DNA of 64,000 nucleotides from Felis catus (taxonomy: Eukaryota): positions 108,130,001-108,194,000 of the forward strand of contig NC_058373.1 of NCBI RefSeq assembly GCF_018350175.1, in the 5' to 3' direction. The position numbers and the translations under genes were made by a program. Shown here one piece after another: positions 1 through 13,039 of the stretch; the stretch's first letter is position 1; every line of letters starts with the position of its first letter. Under the pieces are notes generated by a model that saw nothing but the letters and a program-made list of their open reading frames with translations, ran no database searches and was not told the DNA's origin.

Positions 1-59
1 TTATCACGTCTGTTATCCTTTAAGAAATGTTTCTTAATTCTCTCTTGATCCTCTCTCTC

Positions 60-1680
60 TATCCGGCTATCATGTCATTTCTCTCCTCTTTAAAGTGAGT
101 ATTTTTGAAAGAATTGCTTTTATTTACTGTCTCCAATGTCTCCATTCTGTCCTGAACTCACTCCAACAGGCTTTTGCTCTAGACTCTACTAGACTCCAGA
201 TAATTGCTCTTATGAAAATTAATGAGAACTTGTACATGGTGAAATCCAGTTTTCAATTTGCCTCATTTTACTCATTGGCAACATTCCAAATAGATGATCG
301 CTCTCTCCATACTCACCTGGTCCTATACTCAGTCACACTGTCTAGGTAAATCCATCAAGCCTCATAGCTTCAAATACCATGTATATCCTTATGACCCCAA
401 AATTTATATCTCTAGCCCAAACCCATCCTTGGCACTTTGGACTTATACATCCCACTGCTCACTCGACATCTCCATTTGGATGTCTAATAGACGTCTCTAA
501 CAATATATCCCAAGCTGAACTCCTGATATCCCTCAAATATACTCCTACCACATTCTCTTCTTTTTCACTAAGCTTCTCAGATGTATTCCTTCCTTTCAGT
601 TACATAGACCCCAAACCTTGCAATGATCCCAGACTCCTCTCTTTTTCTTAGGCAATACACCTCATCTATCAACCAGAACTGTTGGTTCTGCTTTCAAAAT
701 ATAGCTAGAATTTGCCCACTCCTCACCACCTTTATTGCTGACAGCCTGGTTCAAGCCACCATAATCTCTCAACTTGTTCTCTCTCAGCAGTCTCCTAAAT
801 GATTCCTCCCTGATCCTCACTCCCCTGCTCCTCTTATCTGCTCTTACCGTTCTACAGTTTATTTCCTTCAAAGGGTTATCCTGATAAATAATAATTCAAT
901 CATGCCCTTTGTCTGCTGAAAAACCCCCTAATGGTTTCCATCTCACTCAGAATCAAAGGCAGACTCCAAACTATGACCTTTAAAACTCTGTTTGGTCTGA
1001 CCTCACATCATCTCTCAAATGTCATCTTGGACAACCTCCCCTCGTGTACTCTGCTTCAACCACAATGGACTTTTTGTGGTTCCCTGTACACTCCAGGTAT
1101 CTCCTAAGTCTGGGAATTTGCTGTTTCCTCTCTCTATAACACTTTCCCCCGATATACACAAGATTTACACCCTCATTTCCTTCAGGTTTTCCTCAAATGT
1201 CATCTTTTTATTTTTTTATTATTTATTATTAATTTTTTAATGTTTTATTTATTTTTGAGATAGAGACAGACAGACAGGGGAGGGTCAGACAGACAGGGGA
1301 GGGTCGGAGACACAGAATCCAAAACATGCTCCAGGTTCCGAACTGTCAGCACAGACCCTAATGTGGGGCTCACAAACCACAAGATCACAACCTGAGCCAA
1401 AGTCAGACGCTTAACTGACTGAGCCACCCAGGTGCTCCTCAAATGTCATCTTTTTAAACAAAGACTTCTATGACTACTCTATGTAAAATTTCATACATAC
1501 CTCTCTGTGCTATTTTTTCTTCTTGGCATTTATCACTCTCATATGTATGTGTTTGCTCATTTGTTGATTGATTGATTGATTGATTGATTATCTTTCTCCC
1601 TCACTAAATTGCAAACTCTGTGGAGGCAGGGATTTTTATCCATTGTGCCACGTTGTGTTCCAAGCCCAAGGTACAATTAC
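60..1680 (+). mobile_element. L2 LINE remnant interrupted by a Can-SINE
   Basis: C/T-rich L2-like phrases (ctccattct..ctcactccaacaggctt, catctccatttggatgtctaatagac, aaactctgtggaggcaggga). Confidence 0.7.
1210..1438 (-). mobile_element. Can-SINE with about 17-bp TSD (tcaaatgtcatcttttt)
   Basis: Reverse complement of SINEC head, poly-T tail, flanking direct repeat near 1193-1209 and 1439-1455. Confidence 0.92.
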
Positions 1681-1690
1681 AATGCATTCA

Positions 1691-2040
1691 AGGGCGTCTG
1701 GGTGGCTCAGTTGGTTGAGCATCCAACTCTTGATTTCAGCTCAGGTCATGATCCCAGGGTGGTGAGATCGAGCCCTGCATCAGGCTCCATGCTGAGCATG
1801 GAGCCTGCTTAAGATTCTCTGGCATGCCTGAGTGGCTCAGTCTGTTAAGCATTTGACTCTTGGTTTTGGCTCAGTTTGTGATCTCATGGTCTCACAGTTT
1901 GTCAGATCGAGCCCCCCATCAGGCTCTGTGCTGATAGCACAGAGCCTGCTTGAAATTCCCTCTCCCTCTCTCTCTGCCCCTCCCCCATGCATTCTCTCTC
2001 TTTCTCTCTTTCAAAATAAATAAATAAATAAACTTAAAAA
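1691..2040 (+). mobile_element. Tandem pair of Can-SINEs
   Basis: Two tRNA-Lys-like heads (gggcgtctgggtggctcag, ggcatgcctgagtggctcag), CT tract, A-rich tail. Confidence 0.88.
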
Positions 2041-2641
2041 ATGCATTTAGTTCAATATCTATCTCCACTGACATTTCAACTGCACCATAAACTAAATCAC
2101 TCTTCTGGTATAGCATTCCCTGAGAGATTTTGTTTTCTCTTATAGCAGAGAGTTGTTTATTTTTATGATCCAATCAAATTTACCACTAGTTTCTCCATAA
2201 CTGTTGTTTACCTCTTTCAGGATCTTGAGGAATTTGTTCCTGGGTAGTGAACATGGGAAGCTGAGCCAAAGTGCAATTCTTCATCTGATCCCACAGCCAC
2301 ACATGTCTGCTTGCTCACGGGAGCTGTCTGCTTGTCCACTGGAAGGCTCCAGAGCTGGTTCCTCAGCATGTCCTATGATTGCAGCCTAACATGTCAAAGC
2401 CATGAGACTGCCATCTGTTCAGTTACATAACTTGAGATCTGGAACAATTTTTAATGTAGGATTTGCTGCCCAAATAGAATCACTTTCAGAAAGGAGATTA
2501 AGGTTTCTTGGCTGAGAAAAGGAGAAATTACCAAAGCTATCATTTCACTGAGTGTAAATAAAACTTGCTCCAATATGCTTAAATTAAGAAGACAATTTTA
2601 TTTCACTAATATTTTCCTGCATTAAAAATAAACACAAGGTA

Positions 2642-2905
2642 GGGGCACCTTGTGCTCAACCACCTAGGTGGCTCAGTGGGTTAAGTGTCCAACTTCGGGT
2701 CAGGTCATGATCTTAGGGTTCATGGGTTCAAGCCCTTCATCAGGCTGTGCACTGGCAGCTCAGAGCCTGGAACCTGCTTCGCATTGTGTCTCCCTCTCCC
2801 ATTCTCTCTCTCTCTCTGCCCCTCCCCCATTTGTGCACTCGCTCTCTCTCTTTCTCTCTCAACAATAAATAAATAAAAATTTTAAAAATCATTTAAAAAG
2901 AAAAA
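2642..2905 (+). mobile_element. Can-SINE (SINEC_Fc-type)
   Basis: Head ggggcacc..gtggctcag, cagagcctggaacctgc, CT tract, A tail; flanking aaaaataaacacaagg repeat. Confidence 0.9.
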
Positions 2906-4383
2906 ATAAACACAAGGCTATAGGTCAATTTTCCAAATGAAAAATAAATTTTTCATTAGGAAAATGAAATTATTAATTTAACAGATCTTAATCTTGTTTT
3001 GTTCATTAGTCTGCCCTATAATACTCCAAGCAGAATTTGGGAGGGTGGGAGGAAAATGCTGATCGCTGAAGGCTTAATAAGCTTACTGACATTACAGAAT
3101 GGTCTTTCCTCCCGGAAGAGAGACACCCAATCTACCATCAGTGGGTCAGAAGCCCTGATTTGTTTTCCATCGTTACCCCGTATGACCACAGTCACATAAA
3201 AAAAAAAGTCTGCATTTTGTAGACTAGTGTTTCTTTTTTTTTTTTTCCCTTATAGACTACAATTTCTCTCAGCTAAATTTACTCACCTAAACAAGGCTTG
3301 ATTCTGTGCCCTTATTCTGACTCCTTACTTTAATGTCCTGCAAACTTCTGTTAAACAGCACTCATTTTCCCACATGGAACCGACACTATTGTTTTCTCTG
3401 ATTACAAAAACAGAGATTTTTGTAATCTCTGACTGATTTTACTTGGAATAAAATCAGTCCATGAAGAAAAGTGTAACAAAGGAAATGAAAATCGCCATAA
3501 CTTCCATCGTCTGAAAATTACATGGTTAAGATGTTTTGTACATTCTTCTGTATATATTTTGCAAATACACATCTCTGTTTTACAAAAATTAATCCTACCA
3601 TACACACCAAACAATATTATTTAGCTGACAAGAGGGGAAGAAATTACATTTTTTGTCATTGTTGTTTGGTTGTATATTAAAGAGAACTAACCATTCAGAG
3701 AGGAACCAAGTCAGATAAGGAAGGAAACAAGACAGACAGCAATGGAAGTTAAAACCCAGGCTAACTGATGACTGCCTAGATGGGTGGGGAACTATTTTAC
3801 TGACTGTCGTCAGTCAGGGAGACCTCTCTGATAAAGCAGATTTGAGTAGCAGCCAGGGAGCTCTGTAAGGATCTGGAGAAACAAGGTGCTGAAGTCAGCA
3901 TGAGCTCTGTGCACTGGCTGAACAGATAGGTGGAAGCTCCCAGGATCATGGCATAGCATGATCACGGGGAACATGATCTTGCAGAGGCAGGTTTTTCCTT
4001 CTTCCAACTTTCTTTGAATCCTTCTGATCGTCTCAAGAAACTGTCTGCTTTGCTGATGCACTTTGAATTCCCCAAGACTGTGTATTTGAATTCTTTTCTT
4101 ATATTTGAATTTTTTTTTCTGAAATTCTTTCTAGTGAGATTTAAGCAAGATTGGTGGGAGTTGCTTTGTACTCTTGGCATTCTCTGGAAGGAGAAAATAA
4201 ATGCGAACATGGCTGCTCTAAGTACAGGTCTAGACTGATTACTAGCAAGTGAAGTGGTACAAAGCTATAGCCATGTAAGTGTAAATATTTTTGCTTATTT
4301 GTTAGTGGCTCCTAATTCTGTCCTTACTTTCAAGGGGGAGAAAGCCCCACTTGCACTAAAATTTAAATCATTAAAGAACTGTT

Positions 4384-4592
4384 GGGGCACCTGGGTGGCT
4401 CAGTCCATGGAGTGTCCGACTTCGGCTCAGGTCATGATCTCGAGGCCTGTGAGTTCGAGCCCTGCGTCGGGCTCTGTGCTGACAGCTCAGAGCCTGGAGC
4501 CTGCTTCAGATTCTGTGTCTCCCTCTCTCTCTCTGCCCCTCCCCTGCTCATGCTCTGTCTCTCCTCTGTCAAAAATAAAATTAAAAAAAAAA
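4384..4592 (+). mobile_element. Can-SINE (SINEC_Fc-type)
   Basis: Canonical head, body, CT tract and A tail. Confidence 0.92.
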
Positions 4593-7534
4593 CTGTTAAT
4601 ATATCTTAATGATCAGGGGAGAAATTAATTAGCCACTAATTCAAATTATCAGTAGAATTTTTGAAATAAAACACGTAAGTTGATGAAAATTCTTCTCCCC
4701 TCGCCCCGCAAAAAAAGCCGTAGGCCGGAAATCAGAAGGTTCTAGTCTCAGCTCTGTCAACTACCCCATTGTCTATAAACCTTGAAGAGCTCACTTAGTT
4801 TCTCAGGGCTCAGTTTTTTTCACTCTGAAATGAGAGGAATAGATCAGATAAATTCCCTTTAGGATAAAAATGCCATGCTTTCTATGACAACAACAACAAA
4901 TATTACCAAAGTGAAAAATTGGCCCAAAATAAACAACATTTCGGGATAAAAATCTTTCTGAATGACAAGGCAACTAAATTATAGAAAAAAGAACAAAAGA
5001 TACACTTCCTCAAAAAGAATAATTGTTGGGAATTGCTAAATGACATCTGGACACTAAAAGCTATGGAACGATTCAAACAGGGGGAAAGAAACTATAAGAA
5101 GCAAACACAGTTGTGACATAGCCCAGTCCCTCACAACTTATGGGACCATTGAAGAAACAAATTTCCAATATATTAAATGACCTGTCTGTTCCATTCCTAT
5201 AACACGTACATGGTCTGGATCATTCTGACATGGATCAAACGTCGGGTTACTCCTCAACTGGTATTGATGCATAGCTGTTAGAAAAGAGTTGTGAAAGCTC
5301 TGAGTGGGTAGAGAGGAAACAACAGCCAAGCTATGGAACCTTTCGAAGGTATTTTTAAAGCCACACTTATATCATTTCATAATAATGTGCATGTCACGTC
5401 TGCTTCTATGTTGTGTGGTCTGAAAACAATTGCCAAATTAAAATATGGTGGCTGTCCCCATTATGTTTGTCCTGGCAAATTTTACTCTTTTCTACTCCTT
5501 TAGGTAGAACATGTCATTGACCCAATACTCTGAAGCAGATATATTCAACTGAGAGGGAAAAAAAAGAAAGCCACAAATAAGGCAAAACAGGGCGCAAGGA
5601 ACTTTGGCCACCTTGTGAGAGACTAGCATAATGCTGGCCAGTCTGTCCAGATGTCTGGGAATGGATTAAATGGTTCTTTGAGGTTCCTTTTAGGATCAGG
5701 ATGCCATAGAAATCTTCAGTAACTGACACATTTAAAGGGAGAAAAAGTTGTGTCTACTTATCTATTTTTAAATACTATACAACTTTGTACATAGGTGAAT
5801 ATTTGTATGTTTCACACTGGAATCCTTTTAACTATTTTCAGAGATATCATTTACTACAACTGAGTAATATAATGAATTGACATGGGAGGAGGTGAAATGT
5901 CGTAACTTACAGGAAGTAATTTATCTTCCTGGTGGGTTATCAGGACTTGGTGATGACTAGACTTGTTACTCAAATTATTTCCTAGCAACTACTTCAAAGG
6001 AAAGGATGTTGAATTTGAAACCATCCAGCATTTGAAAGTCTGTGTGGGTTTCAACTCAACTTCTCAAGGACTATATTTTCCAATGGGTCAGAAATTAATG
6101 TATATGTAGAATTTCAGGTATTATCTACCACAGTGGCTACTCTGAGCCTAAGCATGTCACAGCATGATCTACAAGACTATTTGTTTAAGGAAAATCAAGT
6201 GGAAGGGGGTAGAAAAAAGCAAATCTCTCTGTTGCATAGAAGAGGAAATTTGTGCAGAGGACGTTTCAATAGATCTATCAAGTTTACAAAAAAAAAGGGG
6301 GGTGGGGAGAGGAGAATTATAAATGCAGAGTCCAACAGATACCTACAGCTCAAGGGAGCAGATGCTAGTGATTTTTGAGCTGGATTCAAAAATTCCAAGA
6401 AGCAAAAGTAAAACAAGTTTACCAAGTAGCATCCTTTCCACATCCAAAGCTAAACCTACAAATACATATGAATAATATCATGCAGGTTATGAAGCTCCCA
6501 CACAAAAACAACACAAATTTTAAATACCGGAATTGTTGGAGCAGTTACAGATGTGTTTGTCTTTGAGTCCCTAATATCTCTGAAACACAAACCTGAGCCA
6601 TGAAAAGTACAATTAAGCACATATGTTCGTTTTCTTGAACCCTCCCACTTCTAGAATCAGCCAATTTTAAACTCTGAAGTGAGTTAAGAGACTGTATACC
6701 ATTTAGACACTAAAAACATCCTTCTACACTGTAGTGTAGCATTAAACAATATGCAATATTTTTTAAAAAATGTAAAAATAAAACCAAAAAGCAAACAGGA
6801 TTATGGAATTCCCTGACATTGCATTAAAGTATTCAGCAGCAGCATCCACGTGAACACTGGAACAGCTTAAATGTGTGCACTATATTTAATTTTCCTATTT
6901 TCCAGAAGAAGAAAGAAGTGCATTTTTTACAGTAAATAAGTTGGCATTGCACATACTAAGCAAACAGGATGCCTGAACCATACACATAAAAGAGTGCAGA
7001 AATGACAAGGCAAGCAAATTATACATACAGTGCTTAGGCTTTCAGAAAGAACAGAATGCTCAGGAAGTACTAAATTATGTACTATGAAAAAATGATGAGC
7101 TAGGGTGTAGTTGATGAAGGTGAGGCTAGAAGCTTTTTTTCACTTAAAATACTTCAGGCTCCTTCGTGTGCACAATGCATCAATCCTTAATGAACAACAA
7201 GCCACGAATATGAACGGAGTAAAAGCCCTCTCTAAATGGAAATTAGAAACCAGAATCTTTGTTAGAGGAGGTCTGCGTCCACCCACTCTGCAGAGGTGGC
7301 TGGCACACACTCAGCTAGATGCAAGATAACATGATAGAGAAATGTGAAGAGGGTCCTCAGTGGTCTGTGCTGCCCTCACTCTGCCCAGGTCCTCCCATCG
7401 CTCTTCAGTAACGGGACTGACGTGAGCAGGTGGTTAACTGAAAGCAGTCTGGTTTGGTAGCCCCTGTTCTCCAAGGTCATGTGATTGGACATGCTTATAT
7501 ACTCCTGGGGTGGGATGGTGTAAGTGACTAATCC

Positions 7535-7545
7535 TGCTGAGTCAT
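7535..7545 (-). promoter_or_regulatory. Antioxidant response element (NRF2/sMAF), ATGACTCAGCA on minus strand
   Basis: TGCTGAGTCAT is a perfect RTGACTCAGCA consensus in non-repetitive sequence about 27 kb upstream of the HIF1A TSS; an NRF2-bound ARE about 30 kb upstream of human HIF1A has been reported. Confidence 0.7.
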
Positions 7546-7957
7546 GCTAAACTTGTTGGGCATGTAGCTTTAGTGCCTTAATTAAAGTGCCCTTAGGAGC
7601 ATTTGGAAGCAATGACCCATCCCCCTCTTTGCTTGATGTGTGTCAATGACACAGGACAGAGCCCACACAGGATATGATTAATATGAGTCAGTCTTGGGAA
7701 GACTTACTTTTTTTTTTTTTTTACAGTTACAATAAGAGAAACCTGACCACTTCTTATAGATTTGACAGTGCAAAAGGCATTTTCCTAATTTTTCTGTCCA
7801 TGCAAAAGATCATACTGGGAAGAACAAAGGGCAGGGTTATTTGTGGACATATTCCCTCGTTCCAACTCTGAGGTGTAGGAAAGTAGCAGAAATTTCTGTC
7901 TTTAATAAGATTCTTCTGATGCCAGAGTATAATAGAGTTCCAATCATTAAAAAGTTT

Positions 7958-8225
7958 GGGGCACCTGGGTGGCTCAGTCAGTTGAGCCTCCATCTTCAGC
8001 TCAGGTCATGATCTCGCAGTTCACAAGTTCAAGCCCCAGTTCACGAGTTCAAGCCCCAGTTCACGTTTTCAAGCCCCACATCGGGCTGTCTGCTGAGAGC
8101 TTAGAGCCTGGAGCCTGCTTCTGATTCTGTGTCTCCCTCTCTCTCTGCCCCTCCCCTGTTTGTGCTCTGTCCCTCTCTGTCTCTTAAAAAATAAAACAAA
8201 ACGTTAAAAAAATTAAAAAAAAAAG
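7958..8225 (+). mobile_element. Can-SINE with internal 20-bp triplication
   Basis: Canonical SINEC with three copies of agttcacnnnttcaagcccc at 8018-8077. Confidence 0.92.
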
Positions 8226-8965
8226 ACCTTATACTTGTACAGACTTTTACAGCTTGCCAAACACTTTCACATAAATAATTTCATTTGTGCCTCATAGCTT
8301 CCATGCAATGTTAGGACTGTTTTCTTTATAAAAATTGATTTTTTAAAAACTTTGAATTCACTGTAATATTATACAAGTGATGTTCATGACACAAGTGATT
8401 TTCATTGTCCCCTATAAGGGTATAGAGGAAGTTTTGTAATAGAGGCCATCCTCTGGTCCCCACAAATACATACTCTACCCTACCCCCCAAATCTATGGAA
8501 GAATGATGCTTAAGAGAAAGTGGTTGTTCACACCTTAATTTTTCTAAAATGGGAAGCAAGCATGATAACACAGAGAAAGGAGAAGCTAACTCCTTCCTCT
8601 TATTTTCTTTAGGTCTGTGATGCAAAGCAATGATGAAAAATGTTTATCTCCAGACAATCACCACAAGAAAAAACATGATTAAAAGTATCAGAGACAAGAG
8701 TTAAGGAAAGCTATTTTTTTAAAGACTGTGTTTAACAAATGATATGCACATACGTGTAAGTTGGTGAATTAAGTGAAGTAGAATGGTATTTCTTAATTAA
8801 TATTTTTCCTTTGTTTCAGCGTTTTTTAAAGGTTTCTCTGTATCTACCTTGATAACCAAAGTTCCCTTCAGGTTTTGGGCAATTTGCCCCCTTTTTCATT
8901 CATTCAGTGATATATCATTTGCATGGTGTAAATGCCACTCTCCCTTTTGGAGATCATCACAAAAG

Positions 8966-8966
<1 letters not shown>

Positions 8967-9000
<34 letters not shown>
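8967..9000. repeat. (TG)17 microsatellite
   Basis: Direct reading. Confidence 0.97.
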
Positions 9001-9003
<3 letters not shown>

Positions 9004-9540
9004 AAGGAGAATTGATAATTATTTGATCCTATTTGTTCTCGTGGCATTCTTTCTTTCTCCTTGTCTGTCTCTCTGTCTATAGCCTGACTGTGTTTCTCTC
9101 TCCAGACCTGCCATTTCACCCTTTCTTACTTTCTCCCACTTCACCGCATCCTCCCCCACCTTACTCTTGTTAACTGATGTCCTTTATACATCAAGAACAG
9201 TATCAGTTCATAAATACTTCCCTTCCTTGGCCCCTTCATATTCTTATTCTGTCCTTTCCAGCCTGCTCCAATATCTTGTTACAAATGCTTGAAGATTCAA
9301 CTTAAAAATCAGTTGCTGATGGCTCATCCTATGTATGCAATAATGAAAAATCGGAGCTGACCCAAATGTCTCCCTGTGGGTGATTCATTAAATAAATATA
9401 GTGAATGTATAAAGTGGAATATCATTCAGCTATGAATAATACAATCTTCCATGGTGTGGAAGACTGTTCATGATGCATGGAAAAAGTGGGTTACAGTGCA
9501 GTATGTGTAATAGAAAGATACTTTTAAATATGCATATCTG

Positions 9541-9891
9541 TGTCTTAGTCTGCTCAAGCTGCTGTAACACAATATTGGACTGGGGGCTTGTAAACAACAT
9601 TTATTTCTCACAGTTGGGAAGTTTGGGAAGTCCAAGATCAAGGTGCTGGCAGATTCAGTGTCTGGTAAGCTGCTTCCTGGTTCATAGATGGCTATCTTCT
9701 CGCTGTATCCTCACACTGAGAAAAGGACAAGGGAGCAATCTGGGGTCCCTTTTATAAGGGCACTGATCCCATCATGAGGGCTCCACCCTCGTGACCTAAT
9801 CACCTCCCAAGGGCCCACCTCCAACTACCAACCCATTGGGGATTAGATTTCAATATGACTTACGGAAGACACAAACATTTAGTCTATAGCA
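9541..9891 (-). mobile_element. MLT1A-like MaLR solo LTR
   Basis: TG...CA ends; typical MLT1 phrases (gtccaagatcaaggtgctggcag, ctccaccctcgtgacctaatcacctccc); 5-bp TSD atctg/atttg. Confidence 0.88.
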
Positions 9892-11117
9892 ATTTGTGTG
9901 GCAATGGTTTTAGAAGAGTTTATTCCAAATAGCCAGAAGAGGTTACCTCTACACAATGGAATTAACTTTTAGTTTTAGTTACTGTTACTGTTACTATTTA
10001 AGTTTTCTTACTGTTTTTTTACAAAGTTAAACTGCTTCTGAAATACAATTTCATCACCACTTACTCAAAGTAAGTTATCAAAGAGTCACTTTCCCTAGTT
10101 TCTCACTGCTTCTTCCTTTTTTTTTTGATATAGGAATCAGGGGAAATGTTTCTCATGGTTTCTCAACTACCAGAATTCAGAGAACAAACTGAAGCTGTCA
10201 CTGGCCTCTTTCCTTCCCTCCCAACCACAAATTCAACAGTATGTAATATGTGTACAGCCCCTAGAGCCCAGGATAGCCTCTCCAACTGGTGACAGAAGCA
10301 AAGCCCATGATAGTGTGAGAGACAGACCTGACTCTTCCTCAAGGTCAAAGTCAATATCCACACTTTGTATGCCCTGTTGATGACATCTATTTCATTCAGC
10401 CACAGCTCAGAGTTGGTAATATGGACCCTTGCTGAGGTTACTTCTGCAAATCATTTCCAGGGAGATTGGTTGTGTTTCCAAAATAAGGAGATTTGGGGGA
10501 ATGTTTAACCCATTTGAACAAACCTGCCATCTTCAATTTGTTTAGCAATATCCTTTTGGTACACAGTTGTATATGCAAGTACAATGATTTCTAATTATTC
10601 TTATTCTTGTCTACTTAACAATTGGGGCAACTTTTTCCTGTTCATTTATTTGTATCATGACAATCTTGAGGACAACAATACGAGATGTGCTAATGAATAT
10701 ACAGCGAGCGATTCAGATTTCTTACCAATTCAGGTTGGGCACTCTCCATGTCAAATGAGTTTAACTTTACTATAAAAATGTATCCACAAGTAAATGTCAC
10801 CTAAAAATAATGTGTAGGGTTTATGCATTCATTTCTTCATTCAGTGAGAAAACATTATTGAGTGCCTATTCTTTGCCAGAAGTTGAGTTGATCCTGGGAA
10901 AATGGACAGAAATAAGATAATCTTTCTGCACTTAAGGATCTCCAAGCCTGGTGCAGGACACATACAGGTAAGGAGACAATTACTCTCCAGGGTAGTAAGT
11001 GCTATGATAGAAACTCCAGTTATCTCTTCCACATACTCAGCTGTTTTTTGGGTATCTTCATTTAGATGTTCCTCAGAATAAACAGGCATCTCTGAGCATT
11101 TAAAACAGAGACAGTTC

Positions 11118-11550
11118 GGAGCACTTGCGTGGCTCAGTCAGTTAGGCATCCAACTTTGGTGCAGTTTCTCATGGTTTGTGAGTTTGAGACCCCATCGCGC
11201 TCTCTGCTGTCAGCACAGAGCCTGCTTCAGATCCTCTGTCTCCCTCTCTCTCTGCTCCTCCCCCATTCACAAGTGCATGCTGTCTTCCTCAAAAATAAAA
11301 AGATAAAATAAACATTTTTTTTAAGTCTGTTTCAGGAGCACCTGGGTGGCTCAGTCGTTTAAGTGTCTGACTTCAGCTCCGGTCATGATCTCACAAATAG
11401 TGAGTTTGAGCCCTGCATAGGGCTCTGTGCTGATGGCTCTCAGCCTGGAGCCTGCTACAGATTCTGTGTCTCCCTCTCTCTCTGCCCCTCCTCCACTGTG
11501 CTCTATGAGTGTCTCTCTGTCAGAAATAAATAAACATTAAAAATATTTTT
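11118..11550 (+). mobile_element. Two adjacent Can-SINEs (about 11118-11310 and 11335-11550)
   Basis: Two SINEC heads, bodies and A-rich tails. Confidence 0.88.
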
Positions 11551-11989
11551 TCTAAAAATCTGTTTCAAAAATTTAAATTAAATTAAATTAAAATAAAAGA
11601 GAGACAGTTTAATGCTATTCAGGGGAGAGAAGAGGGGAGAGCCTGAACAGGAGACTCTGAGGAAACCCTGCGTTTGGCAACTCTAGGAAGCTAGTGCCAC
11701 CCTTAAAGTGGAGGGATGGAGAGGGTGATTGAGTCACTAAACAAAAGATGTGGGTTATTGGAGGAGAACGAGCTGGGCCACAGAGCAGACGCAATTGCTG
11801 CTGGAGACACTGCCAGAGGTAGAAAGGGAAGAGGAACAATATCTTGGCTTTTCCCCTCCTTTTGTTCTCTAATCCCTTGCCAGCGCTTCCCATTGCCCAA
11901 ACCAAGCTACCAGCCAGCTAACACGGGAGCCTGGGAGTCTTAACCAGCAAGTCAGCTCCTGTTGATACACAACAGAGCAGGGAAGAGCA

Positions 11990-13030
11990 AGGAAAATGAT
12001 ACGCGGGCAAATGCCCAGTACCAATACACGCCTCACACTCAACTCAAAGTGTTCAAAACTGAACTTTTCATTTCCCTCACAGCTGAACCCAACCCCCCAA
12101 AACCTCTCCATCCTCCATTGCCCCTTAATGATTGCTGCCAACAACCGTCCAGTCCAAAAATTTGGGTATCATCCTTCATTCCTTTCTCATCCTCATCCTG
12201 CCAATCAATCACCAATGCCATTGGCTCTGTCTCCTTCATCTGTCAAAACAATCATTCTTCTCCATCCCAACTGCTCATCCTCTTTTCAGACTACCATCAT
12301 CACTGACATCAGTGACCACACCAGCCTCCCAACTGATCTCCTGCTGTTAGACCTGCCTCTTGCTCTCCTTCCAATTCATTTTACCCAAAGTAATCTTTAT
12401 AAAGCACAAATCTGATACATCAACCTCTTGCTTATGCCTTTCTTCCTTCTGTAGAGTACCGATGGGGTGTCCTCAGAATAAAGTCCAAATTCGTTTTCAT
12501 ATGAGGCCCTTCTAATCTGGCCCCTTCTTCAGCCTCATTTGTTCATTCATTGACTGTGTGCATTCAATCACTAAGTGTTCATTCATCGAGTGCCTGCTCT
12601 TTCTATTGGGCACTGGGCCTAGCACTGAAGACACTCCTACTCTGAATGAGCCAGGCTCTTACCAACCAGCACCTGGAACCATGTTCCCTCTCTCCTTTCT
12701 CTTCCCCAGCCACTCCCTGCTTTACCCATCCCCATGTCCTAACTTATTCCTATTATTCCTTCATATCTTAGGTGAGTCTTCCTCCAAATAGCTGTCCCTC
12801 ATTCCCCAAGTCTGGACTTGTGTCCCTTCTGAGTGTTCCCAGAGCACCTTGTGTATATTCATTCATGAGCTAACCACACTTTATCACAATTGTCCCCTTA
12901 CTGTACTAAATCTCAACTAATGTGTAAATTCCTTGAAAGCAGGAGCGCTATTGTATTCACCATTGTATTCCCATCACCTCATACAATGCTCAGCCCATTG
13001 AAGAACTTCAAATCTTTATTAAATAATTCA
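11990..13030 (+). mobile_element. L2 remnant(s)
   Basis: L2 3'-region phrases (tgtaaattccttgaaagcagg..ttcaccattgtattccca); explains the spurious ORFs here. Confidence 0.65.
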
Positions 13031-13039
13031 ATCAAGTAA

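Noticed and set aside
4254..4628. Recurrent ORFs of the MAQSV..PTSAQVMIS..GSVLTAQSLEP type throughout the window
   Set aside because: Translations of Can-SINEs, not genes.
5040..6540. Purine-rich unique stretch with short protein-looking frames and possible splice sites
   Set aside because: Multiple stops in every frame, no consistent exon chain and no recognisable homologue; cannot support a pseudogene call without alignment.
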